DNA from: the human T2T-CHM13v2.0 reference genome, Homo sapiens
Length of the DNA stretch: 64,000 nt
NCBI RefSeq assembly: GCF_009914755.1
Contig: NC_060947.1
Reading direction: 5' to 3' (one strand)
Shown: one piece after another, positions 1-12,417 of the stretch
Position numbering within the stretch: position 1 is the first letter of the stretch
Layout: every line of letters starts with the position of its first letter
Made by a program: the position numbers and the translations under genes
Notes under the pieces: generated by a model
Database searches by the model: none
What the model saw: the letters and a program-made list of their open reading frames with translations, nothing else
What the model was told of the DNA's origin: nothing

Positions 1-199
1 GAGCAGGACCATAGAGAAGTAGAGCCAAGAGGGCTAGAGAATGCAATGCAATATCTAAAATGTCTCTACTGGGTATCTTTGGGAGATGGGGCCATAGGAG
101 ATTTTTTTCTTTCTATTTTTCTGGATTTTCTAAATTTAAAAAACTTAACTTGTACATATGCTAATTAAAAATAAAAAACTCCCCGCTATATTTCCATTT

Positions 200-690
200 G
201 TAAAAATGCAGCCATAACATACATAGGTAGGTGCATAAAGTGTATTAACCTTAATTGCAAGCTTTGTGATTTTGGAGTGTGTGTGTGTGTGTGTGTGTAT
301 GTGAGTGTGTTTGTGTGTGTGTGTGTTTGTGTGTATGTGTGTTTGTGTGTGTGTGAGTGATATAACCAGAATCTAGATCAAGATAGAGAACATTTCCAGC
401 TTCTTAGAAGGTTCCCTCATGCCCCTGGTCATTATCCCCTAAGGGTCACCACTGAGTCACTGGCCTTTATCATCACTCATTAGTTCTGTCTATTCTTGCA
501 CTTCAGAGAAATGGCATCATACAACATGTATTTTTTGTGTGTCTGGTTTCTTTAGCTCAATCTAATGCTGATGAGATTTACCCATTTTATTGCTGATTAG
601 AATTCCATTGTATGGACCCAGCACAATGTATTTATCCATTCTTCTGTTGATGGGCATTGAGACTATTTCTAGGTTTGGATTATAATGGGT
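200..690 (-). mobile_element. Old L1 (L1ME-like) 3' fragment, interrupted by (GT)n
   Basis: Antisense L1 3' UTR wording, e.g. 'tatttatccattcttctgttgatgggcattga', 'ccagaatctagatcaagatagagaacatttccag'. Confidence 0.65.
277..357. repeat. Imperfect (GT)n microsatellite
   Basis: About 80 bp of gtgtgt with a few interruptions. Confidence 0.97.
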
Positions 691-879
691 ACTTCTATTT
701 CATTTAAAAGTTAGGATATAGCCATGGAAATGATAGATTCCCTAGTAGTAACAGCTCCCTTTGATGGAATGCCTCCTTTGTGGCAGGTATTTTACTTAGT
801 TCTAATCTTTTTACCAACCCTGTGGGATGATGCCATTATTCCCCTGTCACAGGGGAGAAGACACAAGCTGAGAGACGAC

Positions 880-1277
880 AGGTTGAGTTCTCTGTGAAGC
901 AGATGCTCTGACAGGTGGGAGTGCAAGAGGTTTAGCGGGAAATACCTGTGAAAGAAAAGGGGAGAAAGCAGGACCAGGCAAGAGGAGCCCAGAGCATGAT
1001 GCAGACCTGTCAAAGTCTGTGCCCAACAGGGAGCTCTGGAGCAAATACTGCCTTTTAGAGGAGTCTTCTGGGTGGTGGAAATGGGCCTTGTATCACCTCC
1101 TTCATCAGTCATTGGCTAGGGGCCACCTCAAGAACAGCATGACCTTGGCTCAAAAGCTGAGGCAGACCCTGAAGGAGCTAACAGCTGGAGACTGTCAAGT
1201 AACCACACTCCTTTCAGCTGGTCAACGGGTTCTTTCTTGACAGGGGATCTAAGCAGTGCATCTCTGTGTCTGCCACA
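880..1277 (-). mobile_element. ERVL solo LTR (LTR16-like), inserted in a MIR (remnants ~800-875 and ~1278-1345)
   Basis: 'gggagtgcaagaggttta...cctgtgaaagaaaagggg...ggagctctggagcaaa'; ends 'tgtctgccaca' (TGTGGCAGACA on minus strand). Confidence 0.7.
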
Positions 1278-2064
1278 GCAAGCAAACGCAGAATCGGGGA
1301 CTCAAACCCAGGCTGTCTGGTATCAAAGCTCGTCTCCTTTGCACTCTGCCATTCTGCCTTCCCTAACTCAGGAAACCTTATAGTCAAGAGGTCAAGAATC
1401 TCCTGAAGGCACGAGTCAGGATCGTCAGTTGCTAGGTAGGGCCAAAGCTAGTGGGAGGTCATGTTCCCTTTCTGTCCTGGGCAGTCTGCTGCAACTGTGA
1501 GGTGCTCACTTCCCAGCAAAAGCAGGAAGGACGTGTCCAGAATAAGTCCATTGCCAACTTGCTGGGGGACTGCCCAAAGTGTGAAGCTGTGTGACCGGCA
1601 AAGAAGATGCAAGCAAGAGCATTTTTCCTTCGAGAAAAAAAAAATGAAACCAAACCTCTCTGATTTCTGAAATTCTGGGCTCTAACTATAGCTTAAACCG
1701 AGAGTGGGCAGTCTTAGGAGGGTGAACATGGGATGAACTTCCCAGCTAAGGGGAAAGGAGAAAAGACTTTTCTTAAACTCATGACGGCATGCTCAGAAAG
1801 AGGAATGGAGGTCTACACTGAAGCCTAACTTTCCAGAGAAAGGAAGGTTGGTTCTGCAAATACGTGTAACTTTTCCACATGATCTCCTTCCAGGTTGAGT
1901 CATTAGACCTAATGTTGGTGACCACCATTTCCCTGGGCAATGATCCTTTCTCTACTGAGTGGATGGAGGGATAAGAGGCTTCTGGGTGTGCTAGGCTGAG
2001 ACATTGGGACTATTGTAGGCCCTCCATATCTGATCATTCTTTTCTGTCAGTTAAAAATGTTGTG

Positions 2065-3620
2065 GACCAGAAATAAACCCTCACGTTTATGGTCAATTTA
2101 CTTTCAACAAGGGCATCAAGACAATTCAATAGGGGAAAGGATAGTCTTTTAAACAAATGGTGCTGGGACAACTGGATATCCACATGCAAAAGAATGGAAC
2201 TGGACCTTTATCTTACACCATGTGCAAAAATTAAATAAAAGTATATCAAAGGTCAAAATGCAAGAGCCCAAACTATAAAGCTCTTAGAAATAAACATACG
2301 TGTAAATCTTAGATTTGACACCAAAAGCACAAGCAACCATGGAAAAAGTACATCTATTTTTTCTTTGATGAAATGGAGACTTCATGAAAATTAAAAGGCT
2401 TTCTGCTTCAAAGCACACAACCAAAAAAGTGAAGAGACCACCCATGGAATGAGAGAAAAATTTTGGAAATTACATATCTCATAAGAGACTTGTATCTAGA
2501 TTACATGCAAAACACTTAAGACTCCATAAAGCAAAAAGACAAATAACCCAATTAAAAATGATCAAAGGATCTGAACAGACTGTCTTCCAAAGAAGATACA
2601 TGAATGGCCAATGGAGCACATAAAAATATGCTCGACATCAATAATTAGGGTAATGCAATTCCAAGCTACAGTGAGGTACTACCTCACACCTATTAGGATG
2701 GCTGTAATAAAAAATACAATGCAAAATAACAACTGACGGTGAGAATGTGGAGAAATCAGAACCCTTATGCATTGCTGATGGGGTTGTAATATGCAGCTGC
2801 TTTGAAAAACAGTTTGGCAGTTCCTCAAAAAGTTAAACATGGACCAGGCACAGTGGCTCACACCTGTAATCCCAGCACTTTGAGAGGTCAAGGCAGTAAG
2901 ATTACTTGAAGGCAGGAGTTTGAGATCCGCCTGGGCTATGCAGGGAGACCCCCATCTCTATAAAAAAAAAATTTTTTTAAATAGCTGGGTGTGGTGGTGC
3001 ATGCCTGTAGTCCCAGCTACTCAGGAGGCTGAGGCAGAAGGACTCTGGAGACTAGGAGTTTGAGGCTGCAGTGAGCCAAGGCCCCACCACTGCACTCTAG
3101 CCTAAGTGACAGAACAAGACCTTGTCTCAAAAAAAAAAAAAAAGTTAACTGTGGAGTTACCCTATGATCCAGCAATTCCACTCCTAGGTACATACACATC
3201 CAGGAGAATTGAACATAGATCCACATAAACACTTGTACACGAATGTTCATAGCAGCAGTATTCTCAATAGCCATAAAGTGGAAACAACCCAAATGCCCAT
3301 CAACAGACAAATGGATAAACAAAATGTGGTATAGTCATATTATTCAGCCATAAACAGGAATGAAGGACTAATGCATACTACAACATGGATGAACCTTGAA
3401 AACATGATGCTAAGTGAAAGAAGCCAGACACAAAGATCACATATACACGATTCCATTTATATGAGATATCCAGAATAGGCAAATCCATACAGACAGAAAG
3501 AGATTAGGAACTGCCAGAGGATGGAGTGGGGAGAGAATGGGAAGGACTGTTTAATGGGTACAGTTTCTTTCTGGAGTAATGACAATATTCTGGAACTAGT
3601 GATGATGGTTGCACAACTCT
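2065..3620 (+). mobile_element. L1MB-like 3' portion (ORF2 end + 3' UTR), split by an AluJ
   Basis: 'aaacaaatggtgctgggacaactggatatccacatgcaaaagaatg', 'caacatggatgaaccttgaaaacatgatgctaagtgaaagaagccagacacaaag'. Confidence 0.9.
2842..3143 (+). mobile_element. Alu (AluJ-like)
   Basis: Dimeric Alu with A-tail; degenerate TSD aaaaagttaa..tgga on both sides. Confidence 0.95.
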
Positions 3621-4456
3621 AAACCTAAAGTCACACATCTATGAAATGGTAGGGCTAAGATGTCAGTCCATTCAGTCTTACTCCAGCACCCACACCCAGA
3701 GTCACTCTGTCTAGAGTTGGATGCTCAGACTTATAATTCAGTATTCTGGATCCTGGGCATCATGTTCTAGTTTTATTTTTTTAAGGGATGTCTGCTTTTT
3801 TCCTCAAAAGGGCCTCTAAGGGCCCTGGGAAGGACTAGTGATGGGTCTAAATCCGGCCATAATGGCCAGCTCACACTTGTCTATAGGAATTCCACACAGG
3901 TGAAGCTTTCACACAAAGGTTTCAAGGCTGAAGACAGAAAATTCTAGGACCGGGAAAGACTTCCTTCTGGCCTCCCCAAATTTCCCTGAGATTGGGGCAG
4001 GATGGGCTAAGTGTGAACACTCCACACAAAGAGGAGCCAAGCCCTCTCCCACCCTACCCACCTCCCCCAGTGAGCAAGTACATTGTGGTCTTTAACCAAA
4101 ACCAAATGAGAAGTAGTGGCTACACTGGGTGGCAACAGAGCAGGCAGGCCCAGCGAAAATGGGTCTGGCCTTTGAAAATGGCCTCCCAGAGGCTGCCTCC
4201 CAACGTGGGGCCTTCGGCATTGTTCTGGCCTTTGTGGTTCCTGGAAATCACCCACAGCAGGATCTGTTAGGCCTGAATACCCATCCACAAGGGCAGGAGG
4301 GAGAGGTGTGTGAGTTATTAGGGGTTACCTCTTTTTCTGGCCCATCCCATCTTTCCAGGATCTTCCCTATGGTCTTCCTAGTTTCATGTGGTTCAATTAA
4401 GTCCGCCCACATCTCTGGAGTGCCCACTCTGAGAATTCAGGGATGATTTGACTCAC

Positions 4457-4702
4457 CTGCCCTCAAAGAGTTCACTTTCCAGTGGGATATATTTTGGAGC
4501 CAGAAAGCTTGGGTTCAAATCCTGATTTCATCATTCCCTAGCCGTGTGATGTTGGGCAAGTTACTTAACCTCTGAATTTCCCAGGGCCCTCATCAATAAA
4601 ATCAAGATACTGATGTTAATATGTGTAAAGAAGGTAGAACAGTGACTTGCGCATTGTAAGCTGGAGATGGGTGTGAGCTCTTATTCTCTAGAGTGAGAAA
4701 TG
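4457..4702 (-). ncRNA. Candidate non-coding exon (antisense MIR exonisation)
   Basis: Minus-strand acceptor tgttttctccaaccacag| and donor CAG|gtgagt; motif evidence only. Confidence 0.2.
4495..4665 (+). mobile_element. MIR
   Basis: MIR core 'gggttcaaatcctg...gtgtgatgttgggcaagttacttaacctctg'. Confidence 0.85.
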
Positions 4703-5706
4703 CTGTGGTTGGAGAAAACACAACACTTGGTGGGGGAGCACAGAGGAGAAGGCCAAACTCAGACAGACGGAATACAGGAAGGCTTTCCAAATGAGGTGAT
4801 CCCGGAGGGGAGCCTTGCAGAATGGGTAGGAGTTAGGAGAGGGAAGCAGTGGGGAAAGAGCACTTGGGATGGGGAAAGGGGCATGAGCAGTGGTAGAGTG
4901 GCTGAGAACTGCCTGGTGTGAGCGGGATGCTGGGGCAGCTTGGTGTTTCTGGAGCTGGAGGTCCGCAGTAGCGGAAGACAAGGCTGAAGCGGGTGGTGGG
5001 CTTGGCGGTGGAGGGGCCGTACACAGCCCGGCTACTCTCCCCGAAGTCTCCTGTTTCTCCCTCTGAGTCAGGCCAGTCTGCTCTTGGCCATGGGGCTTGC
5101 CCTGGATCTCGAAAGAACCTTGGCTGGGGTTCACAGGAGGCTGCAACCATCTCCAGGAAATGCCGAGGTGATGAGGATGGCTCTGCATACGGCTAATGTA
5201 ACTGTCACTCCAGTCTCCCCACCCCACCCCCACCCTGAGAAACACATTTTTGTCTCTGTCTCTGGAAAACATGTGTGCAAGCAAAGTTTGGCTGGGTGGC
5301 AGCTGAAACTTTTTTTTTTGACAACAGAAAGGCACCAACAATCTGGCTCTTGCTACCTGGGAGCTCCCAGCCCAGCCTTCTATGTTCACCTGAAAAGCCC
5401 AACACCCCTGGGTGGTCCCATGCCACCCTGGGGACTGTCCTCCATGCATCTGTTTCCTGCTGACCTTACAGCAGAAATCCAGCAGGCAAAGGGACCCAAC
5501 TGCCTCATGCCTGAGGAATGCCTCCCAAGCCCCCTCCCACCTCCTGCCTCCTAGCTTCCAGAACTCAACAGCTTGCCTCTTGTGGGTCAATGTTTGCAGA
5601 AAATGTTTGCAGACTTCATATCATGCCATTTCCAGGAATAATTAGCAGTCAGGCAGTCAGTCTCTCATTCAGGTCTGGTGAACTAAAACCTCAAGAATGT
5701 GGAGCT

Positions 5707-5731
5707 GGGTGGGGGTGGGAATGGGAGTGGG
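5707..5731 (+). other. Canonical G-quadruplex motif
   Basis: GGG-T-GGGGG-T-GGG-AAT-GGG-AGT-GGG: five G-runs with short loops. Confidence 0.6.
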
Positions 5732-6369
5732 TGAGGTTTGGGGTGCTTGCCCATCTTGCCAGCCTGCCTAGCTGGCTGAGTTCACAAGCCACTGGATCCC
5801 AGTCCCTGAGCACACCACCAAGGAACCTGCTCTGACTGGCCTCCATGGAACACAGAATGACTGGTCATTTTGTTGTCCCATGAATGCCAAGTCACAGTGT
5901 AGCCTCCAGCCCTGCCATGCAAATAAGACAAGGAGATGCCTTAGCTCATGCAACTCATACCAAGAGCAAGCAGTCACGGGCACCTTTGCCAATCATGACC
6001 CATTGCCTTGAGGATTTGGTCTCTGCAAACTCCCTTCCCCCATTCTAACCTAACAAAGACCCTGCAGGTTTCAAGTTCCCAGCCCCAATTCAACCATATG
6101 GTGAGCAGTTGGGGATCTTTCTGAGAAGGCTGTTATCTGTAACATGCTTGGGAGTTCCTTGCATTATTTTACTGAGCCAAAGCATAATGTGATTGCCTTG
6201 CTTCTTCATTTGTTAAAAAAATTTTTAACCCCATGAGGTGAAACTCCTATGACATCTTGGGTGTCAGGCCTTCAACTTTTGGCTAAGACCAAGTTTCTCT
6301 CTGTGATAGCCCAGTGTTATAAGTTTTATAAACAGACCCCTGAGTAAATGCAAAGGACTTTCTGTCCTC

Positions 6370-7130
6370 CTAAATCACAAACTAGATCAATAGACTGGCA
6401 TGACAGAGTATTTTTAGCAAAATAATATTTAACAGAAATAAATGTAAAATGTTATAATTTGGTCCAAAAAAATCAATTGCACTAATATAAAACAGGAGAA
6501 AACTGACCTAATGGTAAAACATGTTTAAAAGTGGGGAACAGGGGGGAAGGCTTAGGAGTGTCTGTTGACAGTCAGGTCACTGTAAGTCAATGTATGATGC
6601 GACCAGTTGTATTAGTCCGTTTTCACACTGCTATAAACAACTACCTAAGACTGGGTAATTTATGAAGAAAAGGGGTTTAATTGACTCATAGTTCCACAGG
6701 CTTAACAGGAAGCATGACTGGGAGGCCTCAGGAAACGTACAGTCATGGCGGAAGGTGAAGAGGAAGCAAGCACGTCTTACCATGGTAGAACAGGAGAGAG
6801 AGAGAGAGAGAGAGAGAGCAACAGGGAAAGTGCCACACACTTTTAAACCATCAGACCTCGTGAGAACTCACTCAGTATCAGGACAACAGCAAGGGAGAAA
6901 TCCACCTCGTGATCCAATCACCTCCAACTAGGCCCCTCTTCCAATCTGACACGAGATTTGGACAGAGACACAAATCCAAACCATATCACCAGTGAAACAA
7001 AAAGCAAAAATTGTTGTAAGTTGCATTCATAAGAGTCTAGTCTTCGGAATAAAGGAGTTCTGCCCTGACCTCATAAATCAAGCAAAACCCTCCCAAGTCA
7101 TTGGGTTACATTTTGGGCACCACAAACCCA
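6370..7130 (+). mobile_element. CR1/L3 LINE fragment, split by MSTA
   Basis: Degenerate CR1 ORF2 wording 'cttaggagtgtctgttgacagtcagg...aagcaaaaattgttgtaagttgcattcataagagt'. Confidence 0.55.
6608..6988 (-). mobile_element. MaLR solo LTR (MSTA-like)
   Basis: Termini tgtattagtcc...ccaaaccatatca; perfect 5-bp TSD ccagt (6603-6607 and 6989-6993); internal (GA)n. Confidence 0.93.
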
Positions 7131-7179
7131 TGGGCAAAGGCATACAGAGTGATAGAGCTGGGTGGAGAAAGTTCTGTTC

Positions 7180-7325
7180 CTTTATTATCTATCTCCTCAC
7201 TAGAATGGAAACCCCAGGAGGGCAGGGAACCCATTTGTTTCATCCACTGCTGTATCCCCAGTACAAAGTACACTGCCTGTCATATAGTATAAGCTCAATA
7301 AATGAAACTGAGAGCCTGAATAAAT
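7180..7325 (+). mobile_element. L2 3' end
   Basis: 'ccaggagggcaggga...cactgctgtatccccag...gctcaataaatgaa'. Confidence 0.75.
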
Positions 7326-8347
7326 GAAAAAAAATCCTTTTCAGAGCCATTCAAGAGTGTGAAACCATCTCTGGTGGTGACGACCCTACTATTGGAATAG
7401 TCCAAGGAGAGGAAGTATAGCTATTTGGTGTGGGAACTGTACAGGGGATTCCAGGATCATTAGATAACCTCGCAGGGTCCCCTGACAAATTCCAAGGGCT
7501 TATCATAACATCCTTTGTGGGGAATGCAGGGGCTGACGGGGTATCTCTGGGTGGTCCCAATACCCTAGCTAGCTGTGTGCTCAGAAGTCCATGAAGCCTG
7601 AGTTCTCTTGTGTACTTCCTTGTATACTCTCTCTTGCTCTCTCTTCCCTTCTATTTTGACGTTAAGTAGTGTCTCTGGAGCATCCTGTGGTAGCTGTACT
7701 AAAATCAGGCAATACTCAGTTATCTTCCTCTTTGATGGTAATGTTGGTGCTACTAATCTAATTAGCTGCTTGGAGGTACATCCCCACTCTCTGAAGAAAA
7801 ATACCCTTGATCAATATGAACCTCAATAAGAACTGATGATTCTGATGAAACAGAGCAAAGGATTCTTTCATAAGTCATAAATGTTACCCCAAAAGGGGGC
7901 TCCATTTGAAAAAAAATCCACAATATACTATTGAACAAGTTAGGGGCTGATTATTTACTATACATAAGTTGCTGCACTAACAATGCCCTGTAATAGGCAA
8001 CCGGCTGGTGGGTGAGAAGATTTCAGAATGGATCTGGTGTTTTTCCTCCTTATTGAATGTACTTCTAGGCACCTCCATAAATCCTGTCATTTCAGAGACT
8101 CCTTCAGCTATATACTATTAGAGGCAAACTCAAGACTTACTGAGTACTTTGTCAAGGCTCAAACTCCTTATGTAAGTCACAAAAATATGGATTTTCCCCC
8201 TCTGTGTCTGCTTAAACTGTAATAGCCATTTTGGAGAATCCAGTAAGTGCTAACAGGGGAAAAGGTGAGAAAGAGAGAAACATCTCAGGCTTGTGAACTT
8301 GCTGAAATTAAACTGGGTGAGCCTCTGCAGGCTAAAGTATTTTTAAA

Positions 8348-8609
8348 ATGAAAGAAAAAGAGAAAGGAAAGAAGGAAGACAGGGGAGGAGAGAAGGAAGA
8401 AGAGGAAAGAGGGAGGGAGGAGAAGGAAAGGAAAGAATGGAGGAAAGGAGAGAGGGAGGGAAGGAGGGAGGGAGGAATGGAGGAAGGGAAGAAGGAAGGA
8501 AGGAGGGAGAGAAGGAAGGAAGGAGGGAAGGGGAAGGGAAGGGAAGGAGGGAGGGAGGAAGGAAGGAAGAGACAGAAGGGAGAGAGAGGGGAGACAGGGA
8601 AAAGGGAAA
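8348..8609. repeat. Polypurine (GGAA/GGAG)-rich low-complexity tract
   Basis: About 260 bp almost entirely A/G on the + strand. Confidence 0.95.
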
Positions 8610-9065
8610 TTTGAGTGTATTTGTGTGACAGGATGTGAGGAAGAAAATGGCCCATCATTCTGTGGCCATTTCTTTTCAGCCTAGAAACTCTGTCATGTGA
8701 AAGTCTCATCATAGTCTCAATTTTTTTTTTTTTAATAAATGGAGAGGTTTAGTAGACCAAATGATTCCAAATGAAAAGTGGCCATAGGATGCAGAGACCA
8801 CCCCAGTCCCCAAGCCCTGTGGCCTAATAAGGCTGTTTCAGATTGCTGCCTCCCTCACAGAGAGATGGAATTTGTTGATAGTGAGTGTCAAACACTGGAG
8901 AGATTTGTGGATGGTTAGGCTGACACTGTCTTTTGATCTCCATCTGTTGAGGGAGGAAAGGGGCTGGCCTTGCTTTCCAACATAACTTAATCCCAGAATG
9001 AGAGCCCAAAAAGCTTCCAACAACCTGACCTAGGTACTGCCAGCCATTTTTCAAATGTCCCTCAC

Positions 9066-9153
9066 TTGCCTTCACTCTTCTGTTCATGAGAAGAAATGTG
9101 GCTATAATCTTGTGTGGGGCTGGGTAGGACCGTTCACACGGTCTTTATCTATC
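9066..9153 (-). ncRNA. Candidate 88-nt non-coding exon
   Basis: Minus-strand acceptor ttttcctttcatctgcag| and donor CAA|gtgagg; stops in all three frames. Confidence 0.3.
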
Positions 9154-10586
9154 CTGCAGATGAAAGGAAAAATGTTCAACAGATGGATATTTCTAAAGCC
9201 TACCACCCTTTGCTTTTTTGAAGCTACACATCTGTTGGGTATGATCACAATTCCCTACGGAGTGAAACACAAGACGGCCTACTTGAACACCAAAATCTTG
9301 GCCCAACAGCCCACTTGGGAGCCATTTAGGATATGGCCCTTTTATGACACTTCACAAGTTGAATGGTAAAGGAAGATACCAAGGTTGCCCAAATTAGCTG
9401 ATATCATGGATCTTCTTCAGAAATTCTAGATTCAGGATGACATGTTGAGGAAAAATATTCCAAGCACTGAATCTTAAAACTCATTTTCTCAGCCTTATGC
9501 CTCAAATTCTCTTGGGAATCCTGAAACAGACCTGTGGAGACACTCTTAATCTTTGCAATGCCAAGAGAGCCTCCAGCCAAAAGGTCACTCAGGAATGAAA
9601 TGGAAGGGTTGGGGTAAGGGCAGGGATGTTTCTATGTCTTCAGTAGATCCAAATAAGAAAAGTTCACACAGGCAATAAAAGAAGGCCAAAGTGAGAAAGG
9701 ACCCAGGACAAAATAAACCTGGTTCCTACAGCATTCAACCCATACATAACCTCAATCACATGCACTGTGACCCACAAGCATCTGTGGTGCACAGACGTAG
9801 GTAATTTAGAACTGTAGAAAACAAACATCAACAGCCTCTCAAACAGTGGTTGGCTGGGTCCTCCACTTTCCTATGGGCTATGTTGGTTTCATGTAGATGT
9901 GGCCCAAGATAGACCACACTAACTGCTTTGGTACTTCCAGGATGTGGAAGAAACTATTTTGGAGTATTCAAGGAAAACTTGAAATGGGTTCTCATTGGTT
10001 TCTCACTCCTTCCTCTTCCTGTCTTTACAGCTGGCAATACAGATCAGACCCAATCTTTCAGCAGAACAGGGAAGAAAGAACTCGGCCTGAGCTCTGCTTT
10101 CACAAAAAGAACACAGGACAGGAGTTTGGGAAGAGAAAACTCATTGAGAAAACACTCGTTCTTTATTCTCTTCAATTCTTAGCTGAGGCTCTTTGGACAA
10201 ATGTAACCTTTGGGACCTCAGTTGTCCTAATCATAGTATGTGGTGAACAAGAACAGTGATCCATGTGAGGCAGGGGAGCTCAATCAGTCGTCACTTAATG
10301 CATCGAACTCTGGAGTCTAGGATCAGTGGGCTTTGTTCTGAGCCCATAGACAGCCTCATTGTCTCTGAACTCTGCTAAAGGCTGAGTTGGCTCATAATTA
10401 AGAAGAAAAAGTAAGCTATTACACCTGGGCAGAGCCTAAACCTGTCGTCAGGCCTCTTGCTCCTTTTCTGTGCTAGTATTCTAGACCAGGTAAGTCCAAG
10501 ACAGAAGTTGGTGAGATTGCTTTGTCCCCCCACAGGCCTCCCCAAACATCTCTAACCACGTGACCTGGATAGAAATAAAGTGGCCT

Positions 10587-10887
<301 letters not shown>

Positions 10888-11399
10888 GTGGCCTTTTTTC
10901 CCTCCTGCCATTTATGTCCCCAAAGGATGGAGGCAGAGTTAGAACTCATGGTGTGGGCAACCAATACAGAAAATCTGAGCTCTTGAGATCCATTTTGAAG
11001 CAGAGATGAAGAGTCTGAATTCCCAGATGGACCAGGTCACAACACCATTGCTCAACCCTCTGCTGTTCTGAGCGAGGCTAGAGTAGCCCTCTTTCCGTCT
11101 CCCCAAAAGGTAGAATACGGGCTCGCAGAGGCAGGAGCAAGAGGGGAGGCTAGAACAAAGGAGTCTTTCTTTAGCAGAGTGACCTTCCATAAGTCACTTA
11201 ACCCTTCCATGCCCCTTGCTGTCATGTGACTCAAGTCATAATTTATTGGTTAGAAACGTTCAGTTGCTCAATGAAAAGTAATGGAAAAAGGGTGAACTCG
11301 TACAGTCATTCTACTAAGGAAACTTTGTCTATTCAATGTTAGGTTACAGAGTGGCCTTTATTTTAATTAAAAAGCATCTGGAAATTGAAAAGCCTGTTT

Positions 11400-11645
11400 G
11401 GCCCGGGGCCTCATTGGAGAGTAACTGAGGCATGTCATCTGGCTGGGCCATCCCCTGGTTCTCTCAGTGGGGGCTGGCGGGAATAGGGGAGTGGAGGCTG
11501 CCTGCCGAGGCCTGGTGCACTTTTTGTGACCGGAGCAGATAAGCTCCGCCGCACATACTGCTCCCTCCGCTGACATTATGGGGGCTTCTCTTACACCTCC
11601 ATCCTCAACTAGGCCAGCAGCAGCAGGCTTCGTCGCCCGTGGCTT
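11400..11645. promoter_or_regulatory. GC/CpG-enriched unique patch with CTCF-like and GATA motifs
   Basis: Retained CpGs; AGATAAG 11537-11543; TCAGCGGAGGGAGCAG on minus strand ~11558-11573. Confidence 0.3.
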
Positions 11646-12019
11646 TGCTAACTGTCTCCTGAGGGAAGAGGGTCTCCCACTTTAAGCTTGTATTGTCCCA
11701 GAGATGATAAGAGATCCCAATACCAGGATGTGTTCCTGCATTCCCTGACAACCAGTGCTGACAGCAAAAACATTTCTAGACAACTTCTTGTGACTTAACT
11801 TTTATGTAGGCAGCATACTCCCCGGCCCTGCCCTTTACAGAGCACAGAATGACTGGACAGAATGGAATGCTCATCAGATGGAAAGACGCAAAACCTATCT
11901 CATTTCTGATTGTGGCTTTAATCAGGTCCATTGTCTAGTCTGGGTCTCAGTGTCCTTATTGGAGCCAATTTTATGTATGGGTCCCAAACAGCACTGATCA
12001 CAGAACTTCTTGTGCAGAG

Positions 12020-12240
12020 TCAGCACAGAGTAGTGGTTAAGAGGACATACTGACTGGGTTCGAATTCTGACTCTACTACTTCCTGCCTGGGTGGCCTTGG
12101 GCAAAGTTACTAAATGTCCCTGTGCCTTCGTTTCCTTGGCAGTAAAACTGTAATACTAAAATTACTATTAAAAGGATAAAATGAGTTAATATATGTAAAA
12201 TACTTAGAATAGTAGCAGTAAGTGCTACATAAGTGTTTGT
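12020..12240 (+). mobile_element. MIR
   Basis: 'gtagtggttaagag...tgggttcgaattctgactct...ccttgggcaaagttac'. Confidence 0.9.
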
Positions 12241-12249
12241 TACAAACTG

Positions 12250-12370
12250 AACTTGTTCAAAATGTAGATTTGTGGGCCCGCCCCAGGAGATTTTGATGCA
12301 GTAGGCTTGGAAGGGGCCCTGGAAATATGGATTGTTTTAAAAGCCCTCTGGGTGATTCCGACGTCCACTC
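12250..12370. mobile_element. MER5A-like hAT fragment
   Basis: 'tgggcccgccccaggagattttgatgcagtagg...ggtgattc'. Confidence 0.7.
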
Positions 12371-12417
12371 GCTGGATAGTCCTTAAGCTCCTGTCCAGTT
12401 GTGCACTGGGAGAGAGG

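Noticed and set aside
7345-7700. Unique segment with exon-like look and open frames on both strands
   Set aside because: No consistent acceptor/donor pair and no recognisable protein
8332-8712. E/R/G/K-rich and P/S/L/F-rich ORFs
   Set aside because: Translations of the polypurine low-complexity tract
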